Counted from the first letter of the whole stretch, positions 1 to 13,190 are shown. The stretch: 63,735 nt of DNA, filler included, from Hyphochytrium catenoides (GCA_900088475.1; 5 parts of 5 records of this genome joined end to end with filler, not necessarily neighbours in it); one strand, 5' to 3'. Notes: a model not told the origin generated them from the letters alone. Program-made: numbers and translations.

Positions 1-1340
1 ATTAGTTAGGACTCCCCCGAACAAACGGAAACAGTGGTCCTTACTCCTACGTATCGACCGTGTATTGCTTTTTGCTGATATTGCATTCTACGGCCACTAC
101 TGCTGCTGTGCCAAGCTGTAAACCTAGTTTAGCTTAAGTTGTTGTTCTTGATCTTTGCGGAACAGCAAGTCACGTCTGTTTTCCCAAGGGTATAAGCCTT
201 TGTGAGTTGCTGAATAATATATACTTATCGAAGCGAACTTGGACGAGTCCCGCAGATGGCGATGGGTGCCTCTTCATTAGATCCTGAAAGCCTTCCGTTG
301 AGCCTTCTGTTGGCTGCTGTTGGTAATAGAGACGAGCGGCACAATTGTCCACCTATCAAGCTTCTTGAGTGAACGTGCCGCCATCTCTGTGAGCCATCTA
401 AAGCTCAAACATGGAGCAGTACAGCTGTGAAGAGACCTATAATGGCAGCTGTGACCCATACCATCGTGTCTCTGAATTCTCACCAGAACCATTGACCAAT
501 ATTACACCTAAGGCTTTAAAATACGTGCCTTCCTATACATTGAGGAGTGTGGCTCATGGGGCGGAGATTTATGGTGCAGGACAGGCAGCTTTCGGCAACT
601 TTATTACACTGGCGCCAAACGAACACATAATGGTGGCCAATGGAGGAGTTTATCCCCGGTTGAAGTCTGTGAGACTTTGGATAGATTACCTAAGCCGCGC
701 TAAGCTCTGCGGGGCAGGAAATGGCTTGGGTGCTTGATCTCAAGTTATACCGGGTGGCAGGACTAGGTCAACAGAGCTCTATTTTGTTCGATCTAACAAA
801 TGTACCATCAGGGCTCTTCCTCATCACAACACATAGGGTTTCGACACTCCGGCGCCAATTCTGAGAGCCAAGAGGAGCAGCCCTCCCGCTCTTTCTAAAA
901 GGCACGGTCAAGCTTTGGTAGAAAGGCAGAGAAGCCGCCGGCCATTACTCTTGCGAGAGCATACAGTGCAAGAAATAGCTTCTGCGCTTTGAGGATTTTC
1001 GTAACCAAAGCAAGAAGGACGTACGGTTCTGACAAAGAGGCTGGCTGTAAAAGAAATCCTGTCGATTGAGGACATCGGGAAGACAGGTTCTAGACGAGTT
1101 CCATTCAGCCTCATTGAGGATTTGCTTGAAAATCGAAGGGCCCCAAGTACTAGGAGTCGGGCCTCTCATAGGGTGAAACAGATCTAGCAATCTTGTGAAC
1201 CAGGTAGACAATTAATAGAATATGATGTGCAGACGACTCCTATTCGCTGGCTTGGTTGGGTACGACAAGCTTGAATAGACATTTGAAGTTCCAATGGTTA
1301 CGAAAAGTTATAAATTAGATGAAGGGTTTGGGCAGGGCTC

Positions 1341-3603
1341 TTAAGAGAAAGAACGTTCCTGCTGCCTCATTGACAAAGGATTCTCCTGCTTCCTGCCTGC
1401 TGGAAGCTCAACTATCCGGACTCGGCTTCGAATAAAGATGCAGTCTTCGAGCAGGGAAAGGCTCCAACCCGTAGACGCTGTTGTCTCACCGTCGACCTCC
1501 CTGAGGCCCAGAGATGGATCCAGTCGGTACAAACCCATGTGGGGAAAAAGGCGAGAATATAGAAACACCAGCGACAACGCTAAGGTGACCGAGTTCATCA
1601 ACAAGACATACTTTAATGCACGCCGGACTCTCTTGGGCATAGCATCATAAAGGAAAGAAGTACTGGCCATTGTCCATAGAAACTGGAGAGCTAGGAGCCA
1701 CCCATGAGCTGAAAAGCCGAAGACTCCAGCTAGTGACACCGAGAATAGTGAACCTTCTAGGACGAACAGCTTGGCATCAAAGGTTGCAATAGACAATGAG
1801 CACAAAGCAAAGTTCGACGCGCCAATAACGTGGAAGGCAGCAATGACGACTAACGACAGATAAACCGACCCTGTTACCAAAACCATATCTTTGTTCTTGC
1901 TCATTAGCGTCGTCCACCAATGGACAACGCCTAATAGCTGGGCTGCCCATGCTAGTGGCGTGATAAGCCGGTGCTGGTCGCGGCACCATTGGAAAAACCG
2001 TCGCCCAAAGAGGCACTCCATCACTGTTAACCTGCTTTCGACCCCAGTAAGTTCCCGTAAAGGCTCGGAGGTTACCATGGCCAATATCTTTTGTCGAGCA
2101 GGCCCTAGGTACGAGCTGCTGTTAAATGAGGTGTCCTCCTCACCATCACCTTCGAGGGCTGAAGACATCTGAGCATCTTGCTGCTGGGTCACCTTACTCA
2201 CAGTTGGAATATTCTTCCCTGGTATTGGCGCGATGGTTTGGACTTTGCTTAGTGATCGGTTGTAGGTTAGGCAGCTCTGGATCTCCGTCATGGCTTCTAC
2301 CAGATATTTCTTTGTAAGTTCATGAAGGGCAGGTTGGCTCTGCAGATAAGCTAGAAGACATTCGCATATGTAGAAGGTCATGTCTTCTTTCGTCTCTGTT
2401 CCCTGATTGATTTCTGGTCGGAGTTTTGATAGGTCTTCACTTTCTCTCAATGGCAGACTGGTTATGCTCGATTCTTGCACATCCATTACCCGCACCCGAC
2501 TTTGTATAAAGATGCAATCCCCTGGATGCTTAAAAGCTAAGTAGGTAGTCCTAAGCCACACGAAGGTTACAGTGGAGCCACGGTTCAGCAAAGCATCCAC
2601 CAAGGAAATGCTCCATTTGGAAGCATTTCCAGAGCGCTTCTCAATCATACCGTGACCTGGATCTAATATGTAAACTCCCATCGCCGGTACAGCTCCAAAG
2701 TAGATGAGTACCAATGCCAAGACCAAGTTGACGGCGTTACTGCCAAGGCGTATTTCATGGCGATGCGAATTTTTCTGGGGATAGCATCATAAAGGAAAAA
2801 GGACCACGTCATGGTCCCCAGCAGTTGAAAGCCCAAAAGACAGCCCGGGGCCGAAAAATTGAAAACTCCCGCCAATGCTACGGACAGAAGTGATCCCTGC
2901 AAGAAGAGGAGCTTGGCGTCGTAGGTCCAAACAGATGTAAGGAACAGGGAAAGGCGTGAGACTGCCATGAAGAAGTGGAGCAACCCAATGGCAGTGGTGG
3001 GCAGAAAGAGAAGTCCAGTAAGGAGTGCTATATCCCGTTCTTTTAGCATTAGCGTCGGCCACCAAGCAATGAAACCAATAACCTGAGCAACCAAAGTGGC
3101 AGCACCAACTAGCTTTTTGTGTTTCCACCACCAGTTGCAGAGCTGCCTGCCAACCAGCCATTCCATCATCGTCAGACTGCTTTCCAGCTCGTTGAACTCT
3201 GCGTAAGACAGTTGCGTGATGAGAGCTCGCCCTTTCGAGCGATGGTGGGTTGTATCCAGAGGAATTACCATTTTCCTTCGCTAGCAAGCTTATTTTTTAA
3301 AGTACGCTCTGCCAGGGTTAGGATATGGTCCCTTGCTGACAGCTTTGACTTGACTGCTATCAGAGCTCGGCTATTCACTTTGGTTTCTGATGAGCTGTTT
3401 AAAGAGGATCGATTTTCTGTGATGGTCTCTAACAGGAACCTTTCGGTAGGCTCAGTGACAATCGGGCGCTTCTGAAGGCATTTGATTAGAAGCTGGCAGA
3501 GCCGAGCTGCCGTAAAGTCTACTTCTTCCATTCTTTTGGCGATATAAGAATCAGCCCCAGGGGGGGAAACAAGTAGCATATGTTTTATTATAATAAAAAG
3601 CAA
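1341..3603 (-). pseudogene. Frameshifted gene for an internally duplicated membrane protein (2 x [helical cytosolic domain + ~6 TM module])
   Basis: ORFs 3265..3603, 2663..3271 and 1341..2726 join through two apparent 1-nt deletions (~3270 GGA AAA [A]TG; ~2728 GTA [A]AC GCC). The two modules align: ESSLTMMEWLVG/ESRLTVMECLFG, TYDAKLLFLQGSL/TFDAKLFVLEGSL, LYDAIPRKIR/LYDAMPKRVR, DCIFIQSRVRV/DCIFIRSRVRI. Module 2 lacks ~26 aa (last TM helix). Confidence 0.75.
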
Positions 3604-3840
3604 ATGATGAAGTAATCCCTCACTCGGTCGGAAGACGGAACTGGCAGGAGGACTGGTGTAGCACTACCTACCAGTGTTTGTTGAGGAGAAAGACGAAGCG
3701 CTGTTGGCTTCACCCTCTTGTTCCATGGAAAAAGAAAGCCAGAGCGCTCTGTTGGATGGACGAAGATGAGCTCAACTCCTCGCGCGCACAAGAATCAATT
3801 CTATGCGGTGGTAATATTTATTATAAATAGTTCTATTATT

Positions 3841-6558
3841 ATGCCATCGGCAACAATGCAAATTCAGTCAGCTGCCTTGAAAGTCTTTGCTGGATTCCTG
3901 ATCTGCCATGCATCTCTGGAACTTGTACGGCCGTTACTTTTACCCCCTGTTACATTACATTACATACATACTGCAGATACAATCTCCTGCCATTATGAAG
4001 ACATGACATTCCCCTTGCATTGCTTACATTACAGTCAGCACTTGCTTGCATCGACGTCTCAGTTCCAACGAGGGTCCACCGTATAATGTACCAGAGCTTC
4101 AAAAGATTCATGAGACAAGCTCTCTGCCAGATTAACAAGAGCTCCAATAACAGAGGACGATTGATGAGGCTGTCTCGAAGAATGACAACGGTGGCGAAGG
4201 TTCCGGCTTCAAAGCCCGCACTGGACAGTCAGAATCCAGAAAGTCAGTTCGAAAGCGTGCTTGGTCAACAGAACTCCTCGGTAACCCTACCAGAAAGAAG
4301 TGGCCATTGATAAGCAGCTTGACAGCTGTGAATCTCAGTCTGTACCTGGACTTGTCCTCATGGCCCCATCAAATCTTATACTCAAGGATCACAAGCCGTT
4401 GGCTTCACCTCGGAATTCGCAATCAAAGAGTGGCAAGCTGGCTAAACGACTATCTGTCTTGAAGGATAGCTTAAGGGGAAGGAATGAGACAAGCGGCATA
4501 GGGGCTGGAGATGGAGCAGATGCAGCGGCTGTGGATTCGGAAGGGTCTTACTCTTATAGGACCTCTGGCACGCAGGAGACATTGTGTGCTAAGGGTAATT
4601 GGACAACAAACGGGTATCTCTCAGCGGCCCCAGTCTCTACAGATAACCAAAGCGGGCTCCCCCAAGTGAACTCTAGAATATTTCGGATCTACCCCGAGGA
4701 GAAGGCAGGACTGCCCGAACAACAAAACAAAACACCGTCAACGGGCGGTAAAAAGAAGACTCTCATCCCAGTCACTTCCTATGAGGCATTCTCAGTCGAC
4801 GACAGCCACATGACCCTCCTTACAAAGTTAACAGGAGACCCGTTGGCTATGAGAGCGTGGCAAAAGCATAAGCTGTTTGTGCTGGGTTCAGGCGGGTTGC
4901 CTTTCGGTCACGATGATAAGCTTCTACCTCCAAGTGCTGGACCTTAGTGACGTCTCGCGCGTGATGCTGTGCTTCATGTGCTTCTTGGGGGCAAGCATAG
5001 TCACCACAGCCTTCCTCGCTAACGCCAACGTCAAGCTCCTTCGCATGCTGTTCTACCAGTTCGACGCCGTATTTTTCACTGGAGAAGCTCTGACTTTTGG
5101 ATCTACTCTATGGGGCGTATTCTGCTTTTCGGTCTGGGGTTTCTTTCTGAGCTGCGCAGGGTTCATGGCGGGAATGTGGGTTGTTCTTTATGACGCCTTT
5201 CCACCCTCGGTCAGGCAGACCATGCGGTGGACCTACTTGTTGGGTATACCTGGCTTCTCCTTCATAGTTGTTGGTGTGTCTCTGAGATACTTTAAGGGCA
5301 TGTGCTTCCGATATCACCCGCGGCCTCATTGGCGAAAACGAATGAACGGTATGGAGCTTTTCGCTAATCAATGCCTGTATGAATGCAGGTTATACGGTTT
5401 TAGTCTTGGCTTTGAGAGTAATGCAGGCCACTTTGACACATCCAAAGGATTGTGTCATTATTCAAGTGCCTCTACGGGTGGTGGAGACAAATGGGGAGGC
5501 GGAGCAGGACGAAGTGGATAGAGCGATCGACGAGGTAGCCCAGTGCATAGGAGCAGCCGAGTTCCTGTCTAGTCTATTGCAGGAAAAGCGGAACCTTAGA
5601 AGAGCCGCACATGTTGCCAAGGATGCTGAAGAGAATATCAGCAAGAACACCACTACTGGTCGGCAAAAGCAGTTTCTCAAGCCACAAAGAAACAAATGGA
5701 GGTTGGTCCTTGCGTCAGTGATGCCTGTGAAACGACTTGATTGTCGCCAGAGTTCAAGGACTTGGATTTTATGGCTCTGTGGTGGAAAGTATCAGCGCTT
5801 TTGGTTCCGACATCACATTGTGTTCTCGAACGTCCTGGGATCTTTAGGTCTGGCGTGGTATCTATCCTTCTTGGGCTTGTATCCTTACGTCCGCTACTTC
5901 CACAATATTGGCTTTGCTCTATCTAACGTCATAGCCGTACTCGTGCTGTACCATGTGTATGGAGCCATCACCAATTGCACACTCAGCCTGATGATCGTCG
6001 CATCATTTGATGCTATCTTTATCTTTGTAGAGGGGATCATGTGCGTGATGTCCTTATGGATTCTTCAATGTCCAACAGTGCACAGCCTCATCTACTCCAT
6101 CTCATTGCTTGGAGGCATCACCTTGTGGCTGCTCTTTGACGCTGTCTCGGTTGCTGCTCGGCGTAAGATGCAGAAGAGCTATTACGTAACCATGGTTACT
6201 TTCATTCCGATCCTTTTCACGGTTCACTTTAGACAGCCTAGATCTTTCTGTCTAGCTGAGGTAAATATAAAACACGGCCTCAGGCTTTCCGAAGCTGACA
6301 GCGGAGCGAACGTCAACGACTCCGGGCTACTTTTGAGCTTCGGCGCTACTGATGATGAATTTTCAGGCCGAGTTGGCTGTGGGTTGGTCGATGATGGAGC
6401 TATGCATGACCTCTGGGCTCACGGTGCTGATATTCATGGGTAAGATCGTGTTCTTTCTTCTGCGGTATCCAGATCGCTGCACCATTCTCCAGTCCTCTGA
6501 ACGTCTGCTGGAGGTGTTAGATCCTGAAGAGACCAATGACAGCGACAGTCTCTCTTGA
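3841..6558 (+). pseudogene. Frameshifted paralog of the 2 x ~6-TM membrane protein, divergently oriented
   Basis: ORFs 3718..4086, 4020..4310, 4300..4947, 4877..5521, 5379..6443 and 6352..6558 tile one protein with the same motifs as the minus-strand gene (QFDAVFF/SFDAIFI, LYDAFPPSVR/LFDAVSVAAR, HPKDCVIIQ/YPDRCTILQ). About 5 frame breaks plus an in-frame TGA near 5343. Start codon is uncertain. Confidence 0.7.
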
Positions 6559-8960
6559 ACAGAACTATGGGAGCCTAGTAGGGCAAACGGGAATTGATTA
6601 CGACCATGACATAGCGATAGTAACAAGCAGCCTCTGCTCTGAGCTACGTGCACATACAGCTGTCAACGTACTTTACTCTTAATACCATGGCCACCTATGT
6701 ACCACTAGAGGAGATATAATTTGGTCGCCCTTACGTCTGCATCTTCTGCAGCTATAACGCTTTCCCCGTTCTCTTTTCCCGGTGGTCACAAACTCATGAC
6801 TGCCCCTGCGTCAACATGAGCACTCTCCAATACTAAATCTGTTTGATTATGCTATCTTTGAAAATGTAAGGAGAAGCCCCTCTATAGAGCAGAAAGCGCC
6901 AGGCGTTTACAGTGTCCAGGTTGGAAGAAGACGCAATGATGGTGTTTTATGCGTGAAGGAGACTGACCACGTCCTTCTTTTAAATCTGGGTAGGAAATGA
7001 AGTCTTGCCTTGCAAGGGGTGCGTCCACTAAGCTGAAAGCCGACCAATTCTGAAGAAGCATAGTTCCGTCCAGCTCCCGAACCCACTAGGTCATAATTGA
7101 TACTGTTGGAACATGTGGAACGACGAGGACGAGGTGAACCGATGTTAAAGACGATTGGCGCGCCTAAGGACGTCTGTGGGTAGGTTACCGCCTGCCACGT
7201 AAAGAGTCACAGACTGCTGTGGGTCGCTATTGGCTCGAACTTAGACTGTGTCGGAACGTCACAATGTTCAGCCAACAAAGCCCTACCCACTACCAGCGAT
7301 GCGAGAGAGACAGAAACATACATGATCCCTACAGTAGGTCTCTTATGCGTTCAAGAATACCAGTGATCGACGGAAGAGATGCTGACACGAGAAACGAAGT
7401 GAAGGCCAAACACTAAATACCATTGCGCAAGTAATAAGTGTCAGAGATCTGAACATAGTATGTTGATTGGGGAGATAGAAGAAGAAGAATGTGACAGGCA
7501 ATCGCGCCTTTGAGCTTCATTTACTGGGCAGTGACTCATGACTGAGTTACCCCCAATCCAGTTATCAGCGAGGCAGGAGTGCAACAGCACTCGAGTCAGA
7601 AACGCTAAGCCATCACATGCTCAATCTTTTCTTAGCTTTGGACATCTCCAGAAGCCTCAATAACTTAGCTCTCCCAATGTGCTAATGCCGCTGAGTTATT
7701 GCCTCCATTAGACTAATGACCAAGGCAGACGACTGACCTACGCCGGCTTCTTTCGTTCTGCGAAATAAACTTGGGTAAGACCACACCCAGAAACCCATTA
7801 GGACGTCTCAGCTCTGGGCACTGGCAGGAACGCTGGAACACACTTCTTTTATACAGAGTAGTAGATTAAGGTTTATTGTTACGAAACCAGCACACCTTCC
7901 TCGCGATGACAGTTGGTGAGCGGATCTTCTGATGATGTTCGGACCACTACGTTCTTTACCCTACCGCAGACTATCCACAGGCAGCTCTGGTCAAGGCCAA
8001 ACCAGCGGAGCGTGAAGCGTCTCTCATCAGAAGAAATATCTTCATCTAAGCAGGAGCAAGTGAGCCATTTTTTGCTCCAAGAAGTTCTTCAAGAGCTGCT
8101 TTCAGCCTTGCGACTGCTGAACGAGCAAACAAAGCTCCTCCTGACGCAACAAAGCACCATACAACACCTTGTTGTAGGGTTGATTGGGGCACAAAACGTA
8201 TCAACCGACAACTTGTGCGGCAGATTACCAAGGTTCAACTTCTGCTTCAAAACCATAATTTGGCGGCATGGACCGAGGAGAAGGAAGGCGCATAATTGTC
8301 GGTGTTAATTGGTGAGGAGTTGGATGAGGTGCTGAAGATGATAGAAGGGCAAGAGAGAAAATGGTGTCTTAGTTTATAGCATAATAAAGAAGCCGAAACA
8401 TCTCGGTCAGAGCAGCCTGGGCAATCAAAGGTCTTTGCAGACAATCATCCGTTAATTTAGCTCACCGTCAGGTAATTGCGTTCGTTCTTTAGCTTTTTGG
8501 AGAACTGATTCAGGGGCATATTGCACAAGAGAGAGACCTTCACCCGACCTGAACTGCCGGTTGACAGCAGCATCTGTCACCCACAAGACGAGAGACTATT
8601 GTCAGCTCTGGCTACCAAGAATGCGTTTGGTCAGGGCGAGGTCATAAAGTGTCACCTTCTTTGCGTGCAGGCCCCTGGAGCGCCTTCGATCTCCCTTTGA
8701 TGACGTATCTTCAGGGTTGATGGGTACACGCCCCTTCGTTTACGGACTACAGAGACCATTACCTCGATCGTAAAGAATAGCCTGAAGACTATAGTGTGGT
8801 TCTTCTGGCTCTCATCATGGGGATTTGTGGGCAGGGTGTCAGCCCCCACCGTTTGACTTGAGGGCTAGTTGTGTCTATGAGGCCCTAAGTAGTAGCTTTG
8901 ACTTCAGTGGTGTGTAAAATATTTGTGGAGCCACCACCGACTGCCGTTGCATGTGAGGTC

Positions 8961-9596
8961 TTAATCTTCTTCACATGCTCTGGAAGAGTCTTCTTCCGCT
9001 ATTGTCGGGAGTGCGGTCTGCCACTTATCGTTTGTGTGTACAGAATTGTTCCGCTTCATTCTCGTGCTGTGCGTTGAGAACACCCATTCAGGGTAGAATA
9101 GCAACAGGAAGATCTCTTTGAACGCCATTCGTAGTGCAAGCGATTGATCTTTCCTCCTCACCAATATGTTGTACGTTTCCTGTAGCCACACCTGGATAGC
9201 CTCTGCCGGTTCAAAAGCGCCATGACTACTGGACTGCCACAAATAATGCCAAAGTCCTGGGTGCGGGAACGACAAGGAGAGAATCTTGCCAGCTTCTTCT
9301 GTGAACGCGCCGTGCTTTATAAGGTGCATATAGTCACGGATTTTGGATCAAACTTTCTGGATGTCTTTGAGTTTACGATATATCAGGAGTCTTCCTCTCG
9401 TGGGACAGGATAGGAAGCATATGGAATAGTCCCAATTCCGTTCATTTGTAGCTTCAAAGTGGGCTGGTGTGACATCGAGGACATGGATATGTGGGCCCTG
9501 CTCCAAGTTAATCTTTGCCTTTGCAGCTGCTTTACCTGTTTTGCTACTTAAAGAGGGCTTCCCTGAGCCCGACAGCTTTTTAAGAAAGTCTACCAT
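8961..9596 (-). pseudogene. PX-domain-like protein interrupted by one in-frame TGA
   Basis: ORFs 9348..9596 and 8961..9329 share a frame, separated only by TGA (9348-9350) plus 6 sense codons: ...YSICF...LLIYRKLKDIQKV*SKIRDY...LSFPHP...IQVWLQE. The pattern resembles PX domains (Y.I....I.RRY.DF..L...FP...L..WL); assignment is tentative. Confidence 0.45.
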
Positions 9597-10915
9597 TGTC
9601 AGAAGGGAACCACGTCACACCAGAGACAGACATAGCGACATTGGCCTCACTCATAATAAATAAACATCTTGGAGCAAAGACCTCCTGGCTGAAGAAATAG
9701 ATTATACTTAGTAGTTGTTGGAAAGGATAGTAGAAGCAGAGCTCAGGCATTTGCAGACCTTCTATTATACATAGCCGAACTGTATAGATAACGTTGGCCC
9801 GCCACCTAAGCACTGAGATTATTGATGAGGGAGTCGTGCTTGAGAGAGGGAAAAGACAAACTGAGAGAGGGAGAGGATTTTCCCTCTCTCAGACAGTCAT
9901 CCAATCTACAGTATCATACTGGTCCAGTAATGATACGATTGGATGACGGATATTGTCTAGTGATGATGGACTTATTTCTAATAAGGATCATTATCCATGA
10001 TGAAACTTACGAGTACAGTATGGAGACAGCGTTTCTTTCACTAGCGACGACAGCACTGGGGAAAGTGCTCCCAACACTATCAGCAAGGAGGGCGAAAGTC
10101 TTTCATCAGAACGTTGAAGCAACCAAGGACAACACTCCAAGAGAAGCCCCCTCCTTCTAACCTGCTTGTTCTTGTTGTTATTCTATCTTTACCTTGCAGG
10201 ATCAAACAGATTCTGTTGTTTAGAGGTATTGAATCTTCATATAGAATAGCACCGTACCAACTATGGAGGCAGTCACTAGAAATCCTGCCCAGCACCAAAA
10301 CACAGGCTGCAACTAATGCACTACTGTTGCTGTGGTTGTCGATGTATCACAAACCCATGAAGCCCCGTTATGTGCAGGTCGTTGACAAAGACGCCATTTG
10401 GGCGAGGACGCCATTTCGCCATTGTGTCAAACATCGCTTCCAGAGTTCGGCTTCCAGGCAGGCCTTGCATTCCCCACAATCTCGTACTCAATAGATTCTT
10501 TGGTCGTCCGCACTAGAAAAAAGAGGTAGCTGCGTCTTTCACCGTACCTTCAAGGGAGAACAGGCCCTCCGTGCGTCAGAGATCCGGCCTGTATCAAGAA
10601 ATTGATTTAGATGCTAGAAAGAGTATTTCAAGAACATCTCAGCCTACGACCCAACCAAGCCGGGGAGGCCACTCATGCATGTCATTACTAACATACTAAT
10701 AGAGACTCATTCTTCCTGACGGTACAGGTAGAAAGTGCGGTGTGTGCTCTTTGCATCACGCGCTTATCTGTGTCCTTCTTGCACCTCGGCGGACTTCTCC
10801 TGCACCCATTATCAGTTTTCTACTTTCCTCCAGATACAGAAGAGTCCCGATAACTATTCCTGCTTGTTTGACAAGCGCGACTAAACCTAAGCAGAAGTAG
10901 CAGAGCTTCAAGGAC

Positions 10916-12577
10916 ATGACGACAATGCTTCTTGCTCCTTTGCGGTTCCTTGCCGATCTCTCTGATGTGACCCAGGAGGCGACTTGTACCTCCAACACCT
11001 GGGACTGTGCGCATCTACTTGAGGTTGATACCCTTCCAGAAGGTGCTACAACTTGTGCTCCCTATGACGGGACGTACAAGAATGTGGAGGGCAACTATGG
11101 GCTGCTGATCTTTGCTGCCCTTGGAATGGCAATTATGGCATTTGGCATTGGTGCCAATGATGCTGCCAATGCTTGGTCTACTTCTGTGCACTCTTATGCT
11201 ATCAGCCTTCGCAAGGCATGCATCGTGGCCGGCTTAATGGAAACGCTTGGAGCCGCTACCCTGGGATACGGTGTCTCTACTTCTCTACAGAAGGGTATCA
11301 CTGACTACAAAGATAAGGACTGCTTCGCTTGTGGTCGTTGCGATAGCAGAATGACACAATACTACGTCGGCATGCTCTCAGCCTTATATGGTGCGGGTAC
11401 ATACCTTCTGATATGTTCATGGCTAAAACTGCCAATCTCTACCACCCATTCCATAGTGGGTGGAGTCATTGGTATGACTGTCGCCGCTGTCGGCTTTGGT
11501 TGTCTTGACTGGGGCTGGGAAAAGCTAGGTGGTATTGTCGCCTCATGGGCTATCTCTCCTATTGCTTCAGGAGTGATCAGTGTTCTTTTGTATTACCTTA
11601 CATGGTGGGTTATCTTCAAAGCGTCTTCGCCTAGGAAGGTCGCCTTTATTACTTTACCCTTCCTTTACTTTGTTGTCTTCTTCGTTATTGTCTTTCTCTG
11701 CATCAACAAGGCTCCTGCAGCAAAGGATATTGAGGACTATTGGGCCTATGTTGGCGGTGCAATTGGAGGGGTGGCGGCAGGTGTCTTTGCTCTCTGTGTC
11801 ATCCTGCCTTTGTGTCACAAGAACATGCCATCTGTCAATCCAAAGAGCAAGCTCAACCAAGCTAACTTGATGGCCATTCATGATGAAAAGACCAAAAGCA
11901 GGAAGTCCGCTGGTACCGCTTTCAGTCCTAATGCTCCGGATGCCACCTCCCCCGGCAAGAGCCCGATGGATCTTGTTACCACGGCTGAGAACGTGGTGAG
12001 CCCCACTGGTCGACGCCCCTCTGAGCAGGTTATCACGGAATACGAAGCTCTTGATGACGAGCAGGAAGACGCCATGTGGATGTTCAAGTACTTACTGTTG
12101 CTCGCCGCCACCTTGGACTCCTACGCACATGGCTCCAATGACACTGCAAATGCAACAGCTGCCCTAAGTGCGGTGATCACTGGCTTCAAAAATGGCATTT
12201 ACAGCTGCTCTTCTCCAGATTCAACGTGGTGGATTATGCTGATCGGAGGTTTCTTTATTGCTTTGGGAATCTATTTACTTGGTTATAAGGTCATGGAGAC
12301 CCTTGGCAAGGACATTACAATTTTCAACTACCAGCGGGGCTTCTGTGTAGAGCTAGCATCAGCCATAACTGTTGTTATTGCGTCTGTATTGAAGTTGCCA
12401 GTGTCTTCTACTCACTGCCAGGTTGGTGCAGTGGTTGGTATCGGTATTGCAGCTTTTGGATGGAGAAACGTGCAGTGGAGCTTGGTAGGAAAGATACTTC
12501 TAGCATGGGTCTTCACTGTACCTATTGCCGGTCTATTCTCTGGCTTTCTTGCATGGCTGATTCAGTTTGCGTTCTAA
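10916..12577 (+). CDS. Inorganic phosphate transporter, PiT/SLC20/PHO4 family
   Basis: Intact intronless 553-aa ORF with both PiT signatures (GIGANDAANAWSTSV and HGSNDTANA), LPISTTHSIVG and LPVSSTHCQVG motifs, and multiple TM helices. Confidence 0.95.
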   Translation: MTTMLLAPLRFLADLSDVTQEATCTSNTWDCAHLLEVDTLPEGATTCAPYDGTYKNVEGNYGLLIFAALGMAIMAFGIGANDAANAWSTSVHSYAISLRKACIVAGLMETLGAATLGYGVSTSLQKGITDYKDKDCFACGRCDSRMTQYYVGMLSALYGAGTYLLICSWLKLPISTTHSIVGGVIGMTVAAVGFGCLDWGWEKLGGIVASWAISPIASGVISVLLYYLTWWVIFKASSPRKVAFITLPFLYFVVFFVIVFLCINKAPAAKDIEDYWAYVGGAIGGVAAGVFALCVILPLCHKNMPSVNPKSKLNQANLMAIHDEKTKSRKSAGTAFSPNAPDATSPGKSPMDLVTTAENVVSPTGRRPSEQVITEYEALDDEQEDAMWMFKYLLLLAATLDSYAHGSNDTANATAALSAVITGFKNGIYSCSSPDSTWWIMLIGGFFIALGIYLLGYKVMETLGKDITIFNYQRGFCVELASAITVVIASVLKLPVSSTHCQVGAVVGIGIAAFGWRNVQWSLVGKILLAWVFTVPIAGLFSGFLAWLIQFAF

Positions 12578-13190
12578 AAAATTTGATTGTCTTCAACCGA
12601 ATGACCTTCCGCGTAAAGTGTAATAGTTGGCGACTAGATATAGAAAGAGGCAATAAGCCAAAGGTATAGCTGAGCTCTTGCCATCTTCCTACATTACAAA
12701 AACTTCGAAGCAAGAACAATAATGGCATACCTTTTTAGTCTTTCTATGCTGGTAGTTCATAGGTTTGCACTAGATCTCATCCCAACAGTCTTCTAGGCGG
12801 ACCGGCTTGACTGCCTTGAGACTACTAACCCCAGTACACAGGCCTTGCCATCGGCGTAGCAGAGATATTAAGGAGAGTGAGAAAAGCTTGCGACCATGGC
12901 GGTTAGTCTATAGGCGTTTGTAACCTCTAGAACCATCTTTTGTGCTCTGTACTAGGGTAGTCCATGAGTTTAGGACGACCTCCATCATCCGCCAACGAGG
13001 CGCGGCCTGTCAATCACCATCCAACCACCCCGGTTGGTGTCGACAAGCACGTGCGCTGCTGCTTGACTGTCGTAACGCCACCCCTAGCTCATGGGCGCCA
13101 TGGGCATTCGCGCCAATCACCCTTTATTAGTTGTACCCTTTAATCAAATGGCACGAACGTCACCTCACTTGTCAGAAAACGTCAGTGCTC

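Noticed and set aside
4281-4891. 13-nt GT-AG micro-introns (gtaaccctaccag at 4281-4293; gtgctgggttcag at 4879-4891) that would repair two frame breaks
   Set aside because: At ~4880 paralog alignment favours a 2-nt deletion, and the other breaks have no fitting GT-AG; 13 nt is below known spliceosomal sizes. The 4281 case is not strictly excluded.
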